Positions 1-7,835 of a DNA stretch of 54,164 bases are shown here, one piece after another. The DNA comes from a virus. The stretch's first letter is position 1. The number at the start of each line of letters is the position of its first letter. The stretch is taken from the IMG/VR virus record IMGVR_UViG_2829814883_000001, positions 1 to 54,164 of that record, one strand, 5' to 3'. The notes below the pieces were generated by a model, which saw only the letters and a program-made list of their open reading frames with translations, made no database searches and was not told where the DNA came from. A program made the translations under genes and the position numbers.

Positions 1-54
1 TGAAAATAATGGCGACTCCGGTAGGGCTCGAACCTACGACCTGCCGCTTAGAAG
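1..54. repeat. attL core: left copy of the 54-nt direct repeat
   Basis: tgaaaataatggcgactccggtagggctcgaacctacgacctgccgcttagaag is identical to 54111-54164. The true extent may be longer, because both copies are cut by the window edges. Confidence 0.9.
10..54 (-). pseudogene. Displaced 3' fragment of tRNA-Arg(UCU), positions 32-76 only
   Basis: The reverse complement reads anticodon loop CTTCTAA, stem GCGGC, variable AGGTC, T-arm GTAGG-TTCGAGC-CCTAC, acceptor CGGAGTC, G, CCA. The bases after position 54 (tctct) cannot pair as the 5' anticodon stem (gcggc is needed), so this copy is not a whole gene. Confidence 0.8.
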
Positions 55-84
55 TCTCTTGGCTTATCAATATTTTCAATGTCT

Positions 85-146
85 ATTCAGACAATCACTC
101 TTTTCTGTAGCCTTGATATCGTTGATTTTTTCGGCCTTGTCTGAAT
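85..146. promoter_or_regulatory. Two inverted copies of the octamer TCAGACAA in the left att arm (candidate Int/Xis arm-type sites)
   Basis: tcagacaa at 87-94 (+) and ttgtctga at 137-144 (inverted). The same octamer occurs three times in the right arm. Confidence 0.45.
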
Positions 147-214
147 GGAGGCACCTGCTCTTCTCCGCTTCTCAGGCAGGCTGCAATCCTCCAATTTATG
201 TAGCACGAAAACGC

Positions 215-243
215 TTGACCTTCTCTATTTTTCGTACTACATA
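215..243 (+). promoter_or_regulatory. Candidate sigma70-type promoter of the brnTA cargo operon, possibly giving a leaderless mRNA
   Basis: TTGACC (215-220), 17-nt spacer, TACATA (238-243). The ATG at 251 is only 7 nt downstream and has no Shine-Dalgarno sequence. Confidence 0.3.
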
Positions 244-250
244 AATTCAC

Positions 251-514
251 ATGAAGATTGATTTCGACATCGCCAAGAGCCTTCGGAACGCCGTCAAGCG
301 CGGCCTCCCCTTCGATCTCGTCGAGGGCTTCGATTGGAACACGGCTCTTGTGGTCGAGGATCTTCGCAGCGACTATCCGGAGCGCCGCTTTCAGGCTCTC
401 GGCCTGATCGGCAACAAGCTCCACATGGTCGTGTTTACCCCCATCGAAGGCGGCGTGAGGGTCATCTCCCTCCGGGCCGCCAGCCGAAAGGAGCGCAGCC
501 GATGGCCAAGATAA
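251..514 (+). CDS. brnT: BrnT-family (DUF497) type II toxin
   Basis: 87-aa ORF. The sequence (KIDFD..KSLRN..KRGL.F..V..F.W...) is typical of BrnT. It overlaps the downstream BrnA-like ORF by 13 nt. Confidence 0.8.
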   Translation: MKIDFDIAKSLRNAVKRGLPFDLVEGFDWNTALVVEDLRSDYPERRFQALGLIGNKLHMVVFTPIEGGVRVISLRAASRKERSRWPR

Positions 515-795
515 AGCCGAACCCCTCCCTCATCTCGAAGGACAACCCGGAATGGACGGACGAGGACTTCGCCCGCGCCAAGCCCCTCGCCGAGGTGCTG
601 CCCGAGCTGGCTGAGGCTGCCAAGCGACCGGGCCGCCCCAAGAGTGAGAACCCGAAGGTGCCGGTCTCGCTGCGCCTGGAGCCGGACGTGCTCGCCGCCT
701 ATCAGAAGCTCGGTAAGGGCTGGCAGGTGCGAATCAATGAGGTGCTGCGCGCCGGCATGCCGAAGCCGCCGTCGCCGGAACGGAAGAGGGCCTGA
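502..795 (+). CDS. brnA: BrnA-family antitoxin (RHH-like C-terminus)
   Basis: The internal ATG at 502 of track ORF 334-795 is preceded by aaggag. GRPKSENPKVPVSLRLEPDVLAAYQKLGKGWQVRINEVLR is the classic BrnA pattern. Confidence 0.8.
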   Translation: MAKIKPNPSLISKDNPEWTDEDFARAKPLAEVLPELAEAAKRPGRPKSENPKVPVSLRLEPDVLAAYQKLGKGWQVRINEVLRAGMPKPPSPERKRA

Positions 796-797
796 CG

Positions 798-1097
798 ATG
801 ACTGAGAAACGCTATCTCTCGATGGCCGAGTTCATGGAAGACCGCTTCGGCCCCAAGGCGGTGCCGGTGGAGCGGATGGGCACGAAGCGGTGCAGGGAGC
901 TGCGCGATCGCGGTTGCACCCTCGTCCGCCACAGGGACTGGGAGAAGGCCAGGGCCGAGTATCATGCCCTGCAAGGTGACCCGGCCTATGCACCGATGAC
1001 GACACTCCAGCAGCTACGGGCCGCTGCCATGCGGCAAGGTGCCGAGATCGCGTTAGACGGCAAAGGCGGGCTGGTGCTTAAGGTGAGCGGCGCATGA
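798..1097 (+). CDS. Hypothetical protein (99 aa), coupled to brnA
   Basis: ATG lies 3 nt after the brnA stop. Good GC3. No family recognised. Confidence 0.55.
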   Translation: MTEKRYLSMAEFMEDRFGPKAVPVERMGTKRCRELRDRGCTLVRHRDWEKARAEYHALQGDPAYAPMTTLQQLRAAAMRQGAEIALDGKGGLVLKVSGA

Positions 1098-1432
1098 CCG
1101 TTAGTCCTCTGCAGAAGCTTGCTGAGGATGCCGCCGCTCTCGCGCGGGAGGCCAAGGATCTGCAGGCCGTGCACGAGCACGACCTCGCGGAGGCCAGGGA
1201 AGAGAACGCCCGACTGCGGGCCGAGCTGGAACAGGTCCGGGCGAGCAAGGCCGCCGCCTTACAGGCGGTCGTCGCCCGGATCGGCCGAACCCGGACACCA
1301 GCCGGGCGATGGAAGAGGCCTTCCAGGAGGGTCGGCTGGCTGGGCTTGCCGAGGCCGCCGATATGGCGGAGACCTATGCGTTCCGCAAAATCAACGGCGG
1401 CCCGGTGCAGCTCGGCATGGACCGCAGCATGA
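1094..1432 (+). CDS. Hypothetical coiled-coil protein; only the first ~65 codons look coding (frame break)
   Basis: ATGA overlap with the previous gene. The N-terminal heptad-like sequence has high GC3. After ~1290 the frame becomes R/W-rich junk, while the frame starting at 1309 becomes coding. Confidence 0.4.
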   Translation: MTVSPLQKLAEDAAALAREAKDLQAVHEHDLAEAREENARLRAELEQVRASKAAALQAVVARIGRTRTPAGRWKRPSRRVGWLGLPRPPIWRRPMRSAKSTAARCSSAWTAA

Positions 1433-1527
1433 TCATCGTGACCCAGTTCTGGCTGTCGGAGCACATCAGGGCGCGGGCCGAGGAGCGCCCCGAGCCAAAA
1501 CGGGAGCCGCTCGATCCCGCGCCCTAA
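1309..1527 (+). CDS. Hypothetical protein (72 aa), or the C-terminal part of a frameshifted 1094 gene
   Basis: About 87 percent GC3 by hand count and plausible globular sequence. It is the only start codon in this frame after the stop at 1123. Confidence 0.5.
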   Translation: MEEAFQEGRLAGLAEAADMAETYAFRKINGGPVQLGMDRSMIIVTQFWLSEHIRARAEERPEPKREPLDPAP

Positions 1528-1530
1528 GCC

Positions 1531-2376
1531 TCAGTCGAAGAGGCCAGGCGGCCGGACCTCCTGAGGCAGGCCCGGCGTCTTGATGATCAGCTCCTGCGCC
1601 TCGATCGGGTTCGTCTCGTTGACCGTGTAGGTCAGGCCGACCTCTTCCCAGTCGAACCCCTCAAAGGCCGCGCGGACCTCGGGCGCGTCGTTCAGCGAGA
1701 CGATGGCCATGCCCTTGATGCCCCGCAGCTGCGCCGCCAGGCGGTTGAAGTCTTCGCGGCCGAAGACGCCCTTCCCATAGTCATCCTCAGACCCGAAATA
1801 CGGCGGGTCCAGGTAGAACAAGGTCTCGGCGCCGTCGTAGCGCTCGATGAACTCGCCATAGGGCAGGCACTCGATCACGACCCCGGCGAGACGCTCGTGG
1901 ACCTCCTCGAGGAGGGGAGCCAGCTTCGTGACATCGAAGCGCGCCGGCATGCCGGCCGAAACCCCGAAGTTACGGCCGCGCACCTTCCCGCCATAGGCGG
2001 TTCGCTGGAGGTAAAGGAAACGCGCCGCGCGCTCCAGGTCGGTCAGGGTCGTCGGGTCCGTGGCGGCCAGCCGCTCGAACTCCTTCCGCGAGGCGAGCTG
2101 GTAGCGCAGCATCTCCATGAAGGGCACATAGTGCCGCTGGAGGATTCGGAAGAATGTCGTGACGTCGCCGGAGACGTCGTTGATCACCTCGGCCTTCGGG
2201 GCAAAGCCCCGGCGAAGAAAGACGCCGCCCATGCCCACGAAAGGCTCGGCATAGGTCTTGTGCGGCACCCGCTCGATCAGCTCGATCAGGCGCGCGGAGA
2301 GCTGCTTCTTGCCTCCGATATAGGCGGCCGCCGGGCGGGCCGGAGCGACCCGCCGAAACATAGTCTCATCGTTCAT
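1531..2376 (-). CDS. D12-class N6-adenine DNA methyltransferase (Dam-like), orphan
   Basis: FVGMGGV (SAM motif) and DPPY catalytic motif. I trimmed track ORF 1531-2709 to the ATG at 2376 (MNDETMF...), because the upstream 111 codons are P/R/G-rich junk. Confidence 0.8.
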   Translation of the reverse strand: MNDETMFRRVAPARPAAAYIGGKKQLSARLIELIERVPHKTYAEPFVGMGGVFLRRGFAPKAEVINDVSGDVTTFFRILQRHYVPFMEMLRYQLASRKEFERLAATDPTTLTDLERAARFLYLQRTAYGGKVRGRNFGVSAGMPARFDVTKLAPLLEEVHERLAGVVIECLPYGEFIERYDGAETLFYLDPPYFGSEDDYGKGVFGREDFNRLAAQLRGIKGMAIVSLNDAPEVRAAFEGFDWEEVGLTYTVNETNPIEAQELIIKTPGLPQEVRPPGLFD

Positions 2377-2659
2377 GGAATTTCTTAACCACGCAAAGGC
2401 TATCGTTCTGTCGCGCGCTTGCGCGCCAGACGGGAAACCTTGTCGTGAGAGATCGGGTTTGGCGGGGCTTCGTCCAGGATGAACCGCCGCAGGGAGTGTT
2501 GCTGCACTCCCGCCCCGCTGGCGGGGCCTGTCGGCACCCCAAAGAGCCGCCCCGGCGCGAGGTGTGACCGGAGCGGCAAGTTGGGGAGGAAACGCCCGAA
2601 GGCATTCCCCACCGGCGGCGTTCCCTACGCCGGCGGAGCTCGGGATTTCAGAAGGAAGG

Positions 2660-2977
2660 TCAGACCATGCGCCCGGCCCTGGCCTCGATCGCACGGTCGA
2701 GACGGTCACTGATCTTCTCCATCGACGCGACCATCCGCTCCTCGGTGGCGATCAGGCGGCTCTCAATCCGCGCGATCGCCTCGGTCGTAACGAAGGTTTT
2801 GGCCGCCTCGAGCTTGTAGGCAGCGATCTCGGTCCTGAGATCGTCGATCCGCCTGTGCGCGGCCTGGACACCGGCCCTGTTGTCGCGCCAGGTCCAGATG
2901 ATCGGCGTCGCCAGCCCGCCCATGATCGTGATCAGCAGGGTGACCTCCTGCCATTCAATCGTGCCCCCCAGCGCCAT
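2660..2977 (-). CDS. Lysis-cassette membrane protein (N-terminal TM segment plus coiled coil; possible i-spanin-like or holin partner)
   Basis: 105 aa with TM VTLLITIMGGLATPIIWTW followed by a long helical region. It abuts the holin stop. I found no lipobox partner. Confidence 0.45.
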   Translation of the reverse strand: MALGGTIEWQEVTLLITIMGGLATPIIWTWRDNRAGVQAAHRRIDDLRTEIAAYKLEAAKTFVTTEAIARIESRLIATEERMVASMEKISDRLDRAIEARAGRMV

Positions 2978-3454
2978 CTATCGCCCTCCCAAGATGCTCT
3001 TGAGTGTATGGCCGCCGCCATAGATCGCGAGCCACAGGCCGCTGAAGCCCAGAAGGTGCTCCCACGGGACGATGGGGACAGGGATGCCGGAAGCAACCTG
3101 GATCAGCCAGCTCGTCCACACGTTCCAGTTCCACATGAAGATCAGCTGCCAGGACAGTCCCGGGCGCCAGCCCGAATGCCAGAAGCTCTTGCCCACCTCG
3201 GCCAGGGCGAGGGCCGACTGCGCCTGGTTGGCCTGAAGCATGTAGGCGAGATCCTGCCGGGCCTTTTCGGCGAACGCCTCCGCCAGCTTAGGATCGGTGG
3301 CAATGGCCTCCTGCACGGCCGCCGGATCGTCCGTCCCGAAGACCGTTTTGGCTGCGCCGACGACCCGGCCGATCGCGGCGCTCGCTTTCTCACCCGCAAA
3401 CAGCCCGATCAGCTCAGGGGCATACTGCAACAGCAATCCTATGATGGGCGGCAT
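2978..3454 (-). CDS. Holin, 3-TM GTA-type holin family
   Basis: 158 aa. The C-terminal half (FWHSGWRPGLSWQLIFMWNW...LWLAIYGG) resembles the GTA_holin_3TM family. It is adjacent to the endolysin. Confidence 0.65.
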   Translation of the reverse strand: MPPIIGLLLQYAPELIGLFAGEKASAAIGRVVGAAKTVFGTDDPAAVQEAIATDPKLAEAFAEKARQDLAYMLQANQAQSALALAEVGKSFWHSGWRPGLSWQLIFMWNWNVWTSWLIQVASGIPVPIVPWEHLLGFSGLWLAIYGGGHTLKSILGGR

Positions 3455-3825
3455 CAGGAATCTCCAGAGTGAGAGGCTTCGTCGAAGGGCGGCAGCGGCA
3501 CCGTCTTCCCGGCGAGCGCATGGGTAGAGTCACCGAGGAACTGGATCTGACCGTTCGTCACGAAGGAGTGGCAGACGGTGCAGGAGAAAGAGGGCTTCCG
3601 GCCGGTTCGCGCCTCGAAGGTGCACCAGCAATCGCCCGTGTGGCCGGGGATATGGTGCCCGGATTGCACGAGCACCGAGGGCGTGAAGGTCGGTTTCTCA
3701 TAGTCCCCGTTGAAGCCCCAACAAGGGCCAGGACCTTCAACCTTGACGGCATGAGCCCCTTGGCAGCCCGGGCACCAGAACATGAGGCGACCGCCCTCGA
3801 CGGTACGAAGAATGCCTTTCTGCAT
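3454..3825 (-). CDS. Cys-rich hypothetical protein (DUF6527-like)
   Basis: 123 aa with CPGC...CWC...CTVCHSFVTNG motifs. It lies between endolysin and holin with 1-nt overlaps. Confidence 0.55.
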   Translation of the reverse strand: MQKGILRTVEGGRLMFWCPGCQGAHAVKVEGPGPCWGFNGDYEKPTFTPSVLVQSGHHIPGHTGDCWCTFEARTGRKPSFSCTVCHSFVTNGQIQFLGDSTHALAGKTVPLPPFDEASHSGDS

Positions 3826-3826
3826 A

Positions 3827-4633
3827 TCAGGCCGCCTCGTTCAGCAGCGCGCCGTATTCGGCGATGGCATTGAAGCAGGGGCAGACCTTCACCCATTCGT
3901 GCGGCTCGACGATGCCGTCGCCGTCCCGATCCGGAGAGAAGTCCCGATGCCCCATGACGGCCCGCAGCCGGTAGCGCGCGATGGTCTCGCGCGTCAGCCG
4001 GATCATGGCCTGCATCTGCTCCGCCGTCCGGGTGTCCTTCGGCCTGCCATTGGCATCGACGCCGCCGACATAGGCATAGCCGAGCGTCCCGGTATTGTGC
4101 CCCTCCACATGCGCCCCGGCGAGATGTTCCGGGCGTCCCTCGGACACAGTCCCGTCGAGGTGGACGAGCTTGTGATAGCCGATCTGCGCGAAGCCGCGGG
4201 CGCGGTGCATCGCATCGATCTGGGCCACGGGGAACTCCTTGCCCTCCGGCGTGGCAGTGCAGTGCCAGACGAGAGTATGGACCGGCCGCAGCACGGGGCG
4301 CGCCGGCAGGACCGGCGTTCCGCCTGCGACCCTCTTCGCCCAGGCTTCCCGGGCGATCCGGGTCAGGGCTCCCGCGATCCCGTCCACCGTGCCGGTCGGG
4401 ATCCCGGCCAGGCACAGGATGAGCTGCTCGGCCGCCACGATGAGGCGGCTGTCGCTCCAAGCCGAAGGCGCGGCGCCAGGAGCGAGATAGCCCGGGTGCC
4501 GGGCCAGCTCCGCCAGAACGGCGGCGCGGGTCTTTGGTCCGAACTCGCCATCGGCGCCGTCCCGTGCCTGGCCCGACTGCCCGAGGTCATAGCCGCGCGC
4601 CAGCAGCGCGCGCTGAATCTCAGCGACGTTCAT
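3827..4633 (-). CDS. Endolysin: N-terminal peptidoglycan-binding domain plus N-acetylmuramoyl-L-alanine amidase (Amidase_2/PGRP type)
   Basis: N-terminus IQRALLARGYDLG..DGEFGPKTRAAV is the PG_binding_1 pattern. The C-terminus (HCTAT...GYH..V..DG....GR.....GAH......NT.....YVGG) is Amidase_2-like. Confidence 0.8.
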   Translation of the reverse strand: MNVAEIQRALLARGYDLGQSGQARDGADGEFGPKTRAAVLAELARHPGYLAPGAAPSAWSDSRLIVAAEQLILCLAGIPTGTVDGIAGALTRIAREAWAKRVAGGTPVLPARPVLRPVHTLVWHCTATPEGKEFPVAQIDAMHRARGFAQIGYHKLVHLDGTVSEGRPEHLAGAHVEGHNTGTLGYAYVGGVDANGRPKDTRTAEQMQAMIRLTRETIARYRLRAVMGHRDFSPDRDGDGIVEPHEWVKVCPCFNAIAEYGALLNEAA

Positions 4634-4664
4634 GAAGTCCTCTTGGTGTGGTTGGAAGGATCGT

Positions 4665-6155
4665 CTAAGCCGCCAATACAGACTGAACGACCGGGGCCAG
4701 CACAGCCGCCATCCTGGTGTATCCGAGCGATGTCGGATGGATGGTGTCGAGATAGTATGTCGCGCTCGCCGGGTTCGCGAGATCGGCTACTGTGTCGTAA
4801 TCCGCCACCAGATAGCCGTAGGTCGCTGCGTTGTTGCGGATCAGGTCGTTGAGTGCGAGGCGCTCCGCCTCCCGCGCCGGAAGACTGGCGATGCTGGATC
4901 GCGGCAGGACCGTGCCGACGATGACCGTATATCCGAGTCCCTGACAATACTGGATGTAGGGCAGGATGCCCTTACCGGTCACTGTGTTATGCCAGGTGTT
5001 CGCGGCCGACGTGCCGGCGTTAATGTCGTTGGACCCGACCCCGAACACGAGGATGTTCTTGCCCGGTGCCGCGACACGGTCGATCCCGGAATGCTTGGCG
5101 GCACGGGCGTCGTAGATCACATCGCTCGTGGTGCCGAACACCGCCTGATTGTAGACGTCGATATCCGCCGTGCTGCCGAGAGCCCGCAGGGTCTGGCGCA
5201 TGTTGTTTTGCAGATCCGTCGCGCCGTAGCCTTCGGTGATGCTGTTTCCATCGAAGACGAGGCAATGGCTGAAGGTCTTCGGAGCCGCCTGCGGGAACGC
5301 CGTCGCCAGCGCGGTGCGCAAGACGGTGACATCCTGGTCGGCCAAGGTTCCGGGCCATACGGCGAAGACGTATTTCTCGCCGCGATAGTTGAAGTTGAGG
5401 CCCGCCCCAGAACCGCCGAGGCGCCCGCCCGAATACACCCCAGCCCCGCGCGCCGCGAAGGAGGAGGAAGCTCCCTTGTAGTAGACCTGGAAGGCCGTCG
5501 CCGAGAACCGATGGATGAGAATATTCGGCCTCGCCTGAATCGTCTTCGGGGTCTGCACCGCACCGTCGGCCCCGGACAGGAAGTTCAGGGTAGAGTTCGG
5601 GTTCGTGTAAACGGCGGCCCGGCTTCCCGCGACCGTGCCGATCTCGTAAAGGGCGTTCGAGTTCCACGTCGAGTTCGGCGCATCGATGGCGAGCACCGTG
5701 CCGTTCTGCCGGTCGAGGACGACACCCGCTGGAAGATTCAGATGCTTCGAAGGACCGGACCCGCCCGGCCCGCTGTCGAAGGTGATGCTGGCGAGTCCCT
5801 CCCAGGCGTTGGTCGGGATGAAGGTCGGACGGCTCGCCGCCGTCGTCTGGGTGGCGTGATTGCCATTGCCGCTCTGGTCGTACCAGATATCGACGAACAG
5901 CTTGGCGCTCGCCCCTCCCGCCGCCCGGAAAGTCTCGGCCGCCGCAACGTCGATGAAGCCGTTGGTGCCGAACCCGATATCGAGGGTCGCGTTATCGGAC
6001 GAGCGCACGGCCCGAAGGCATGGGCCGCCATAAGTTCCGACCTTGCGGACGGAATAGATGACGCTCGCGCCAGCCGGAAGAGTGAGAGCGGCCGATGCGC
6101 CGCCCCCTTGTGCCCGGCGGCGTGCGGCCCGGTAGCCATAGCCGAGCCGGTACAT
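4665..6155 (-). CDS. Two-domain protein: lectin/LamG-like N-domain plus C-terminal SGNH/GDSL esterase
   Basis: 496 aa. WYDQSGNGNHATQ is typical of LamG-like tail or sugar-binding modules. The C-terminal half has VFDGNSITEG (block I GDS-like), GSNDI (block III) and DTIHPT (block V DxxH). Confidence 0.65.
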   Translation of the reverse strand: MYRLGYGYRAARRRAQGGGASAALTLPAGASVIYSVRKVGTYGGPCLRAVRSSDNATLDIGFGTNGFIDVAAAETFRAAGGASAKLFVDIWYDQSGNGNHATQTTAASRPTFIPTNAWEGLASITFDSGPGGSGPSKHLNLPAGVVLDRQNGTVLAIDAPNSTWNSNALYEIGTVAGSRAAVYTNPNSTLNFLSGADGAVQTPKTIQARPNILIHRFSATAFQVYYKGASSSFAARGAGVYSGGRLGGSGAGLNFNYRGEKYVFAVWPGTLADQDVTVLRTALATAFPQAAPKTFSHCLVFDGNSITEGYGATDLQNNMRQTLRALGSTADIDVYNQAVFGTTSDVIYDARAAKHSGIDRVAAPGKNILVFGVGSNDINAGTSAANTWHNTVTGKGILPYIQYCQGLGYTVIVGTVLPRSSIASLPAREAERLALNDLIRNNAATYGYLVADYDTVADLANPASATYYLDTIHPTSLGYTRMAAVLAPVVQSVLAA

Positions 6156-6487
6156 CAGACCACCTCGATGAAGGAGAGCAATTCGCCGGACTTGAGCAGG
6201 ATCGGAACCTCCTCGCCGGATTTGATGAGCTTTCCGTTGAGCCGCTGCGCCGTCGGATCGGTGCCCCAGGCGACCACGAAGGTTCCCTCCAGCCCCCGGA
6301 CGAGCGCATAGCCCCTGCTATGCGTGCCGAACTCCGGCACGACCGGCCGCTGCCCCGCCGCGGTCGCCGTAGTGGAGATGTCGATCTCGACCGCCCCGTG
6401 GATCGAGCGGATGACGTTCTCCGCGACTCCGTCCATCTCCGGGCCGTAGCCCAGCCGAATCCATTCAATGCGCGCCTTTGCCGCCAT
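6155..6487 (-). CDS. Hypothetical protein (110 aa)
   Basis: Tightly packed between gpD and the SGNH gene. Good GC3. No family recognised. Confidence 0.5.
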   Translation of the reverse strand: MAAKARIEWIRLGYGPEMDGVAENVIRSIHGAVEIDISTTATAAGQRPVVPEFGTHSRGYALVRGLEGTFVVAWGTDPTAQRLNGKLIKSGEEVPILLKSGELLSFIEVV

Positions 6488-6515
6488 CGTCGTTCTCCTT
6501 GTGGTGGTTGGTGAA

Positions 6516-7592
6516 TTAAGAGGGTGCGCCGGAGGGTGCCGGAGCGTCGTCGAGGACGCCGCCCCCTCCGGACGGATCCCGGTCGTCCTTGCCGGTGCCC
6601 TTGCCCGGTCTCTTCAGCTCGAGCTGGCTGAGGAAGCCTTGCCCGCGCGTCCATTGATGCTCGACGTTGCCGATCAGGTAGGTGCCTGAGATGCCCGCGC
6701 GGATCGACACCTCGCACAGGGCTTCCGCCTGCGCTGCCGGATCCCCGTCGATAGTGAGCGTGCCGCCGCCCTTCTCGCGGTCGCGCTTGCGCTTCAAGCC
6801 CTCGGCGAAGCGCTGCGCGGTCTCCTGGTCCGGCGCGGAGAAGCGGGAGGTGCTGGCCGTTCCCTGCCCCATGACACGGACTCGGCCGTCCTGCATCTTC
6901 CACTTGGCATCGGCAGGATCGTAATAGGTCGCATCGAACTCCTCGTACTCGTGGCGTCCGTCATCGGGCCCGAGGTCCCAGTTGACGATGTTACCGGGCC
7001 GCGTGGCCTTGACGATCTGCAGCGGCTTGCCGGAAGCCGACTTGCCAGCATTCATCGGCACGAACACCGCTGTCTTTCCGACAACCTTGAAGGTGGCCCC
7101 GAGCTCGTCGGCGGTCCGCTGCGCCCAGTGCAGGTAGCTCTCCCGCCCGAGATACCAGTAATCGCGACGGATCTGCCCGAGATCGCCGTCGATGGCGATG
7201 GAGAAGCCATCAGGAGCGAAGGCGCGCGCAGCCTTCTCGAAGGTCGCATCGTCGAGGTGCTTCTCCTTGCGGACCTTCAGCCCGCCGCGCATGTCGGCGG
7301 CCTTAGCCGGCACGATCAAGTCCTGCCCGCCGCCGCGCGACCCGCGCGAGCGGGGATTGTCGATGACGCCCTCGAAGGTGACCGCGCCCGGAACCTCGTC
7401 GCGCCAGAGCGTGACCTCCAGGCTCTCGCCGCGGCGCGGAAAGGCGAACTGATCGTCCTGGTCGTTGAGCACAAGTTCGGCCGTGTCCGACTTCCGTCCC
7501 GGCGCGTCCTTGACCTTGATCGAGAGGACCTGGGAGAAGATCTCTGACGGGATGGGCTTGCCCCCGATCTTGACGATGGCATGTGAGGCCAT
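6516..7592 (-). CDS. P2 gpD-like tail protein (late control D family)
   Basis: 358 aa at the conserved position after U/X. The sequence pattern (KPIPSEI...SIKV.D..G..SD.AEL.L.D) is gpD-like. Confidence 0.75.
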   Translation of the reverse strand: MASHAIVKIGGKPIPSEIFSQVLSIKVKDAPGRKSDTAELVLNDQDDQFAFPRRGESLEVTLWRDEVPGAVTFEGVIDNPRSRGSRGGGQDLIVPAKAADMRGGLKVRKEKHLDDATFEKAARAFAPDGFSIAIDGDLGQIRRDYWYLGRESYLHWAQRTADELGATFKVVGKTAVFVPMNAGKSASGKPLQIVKATRPGNIVNWDLGPDDGRHEYEEFDATYYDPADAKWKMQDGRVRVMGQGTASTSRFSAPDQETAQRFAEGLKRKRDREKGGGTLTIDGDPAAQAEALCEVSIRAGISGTYLIGNVEHQWTRGQGFLSQLELKRPGKGTGKDDRDPSGGGGVLDDAPAPSGAPS

Positions 7593-7607
7593 GGGTGGGT
7601 CCCGTGC

Positions 7608-7835
7608 TTAGTCGGTGAGCCTGAGAAGGCGAACGGGCCGCACTGTGGCGGGCTCCGGGATTTCGACCGTCACCTGCGTGCCGATCGGCAGATAGGGGCC
7701 GTGATCCGCGAGGCCCGGATTCCGGTCGAGAGTTTTCTCGACGAGGCCCGGAACCTCGCGCCCGAAGCGCCGGTAGAGCAGCAGGTCGAGGGTCGTGAAG
7801 GCGCTCTCCACGGGAGGAAGGGTTTCTGTGCTCAT
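7608..7835 (-). CDS. P2 gpX-like tail protein
   Basis: Internal ATG (7835) of track ORF 7608-8081 gives 75 aa. ATGA overlap with the gpU stop. Its position between U and D matches P2. Confidence 0.65.
   Translation of the reverse strand: MSTETLPPVESAFTTLDLLLYRRFGREVPGLVEKTLDRNPGLADHGPYLPIGTQVTVEIPEPATVRPVRLLRLTD

Noticed and set aside
1-54. Left repeat copy as an intact tRNA gene
   Set aside because: The bases adjoining the anticodon loop cannot form the anticodon stem, and no D-arm or acceptor 5' strand follows. It is only a 45-nt 3' fragment.
59-424. ORFs 59-244 (+) and 95-424 (-) next to attL
   Set aside because: They lie in the AT-rich att arm and promoter region, have poor codon bias, and overlap the well-supported brnT gene.
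2377-2709. N-terminal 111-codon extension of the Dam-like methyltransferase ORF (track 1531-2709)
   Set aside because: The extension is P/R/G/A-rich with no methyltransferase motif and crosses a hairpin-rich spacer. The family-typical N-terminus begins just after the ATG at 2376.
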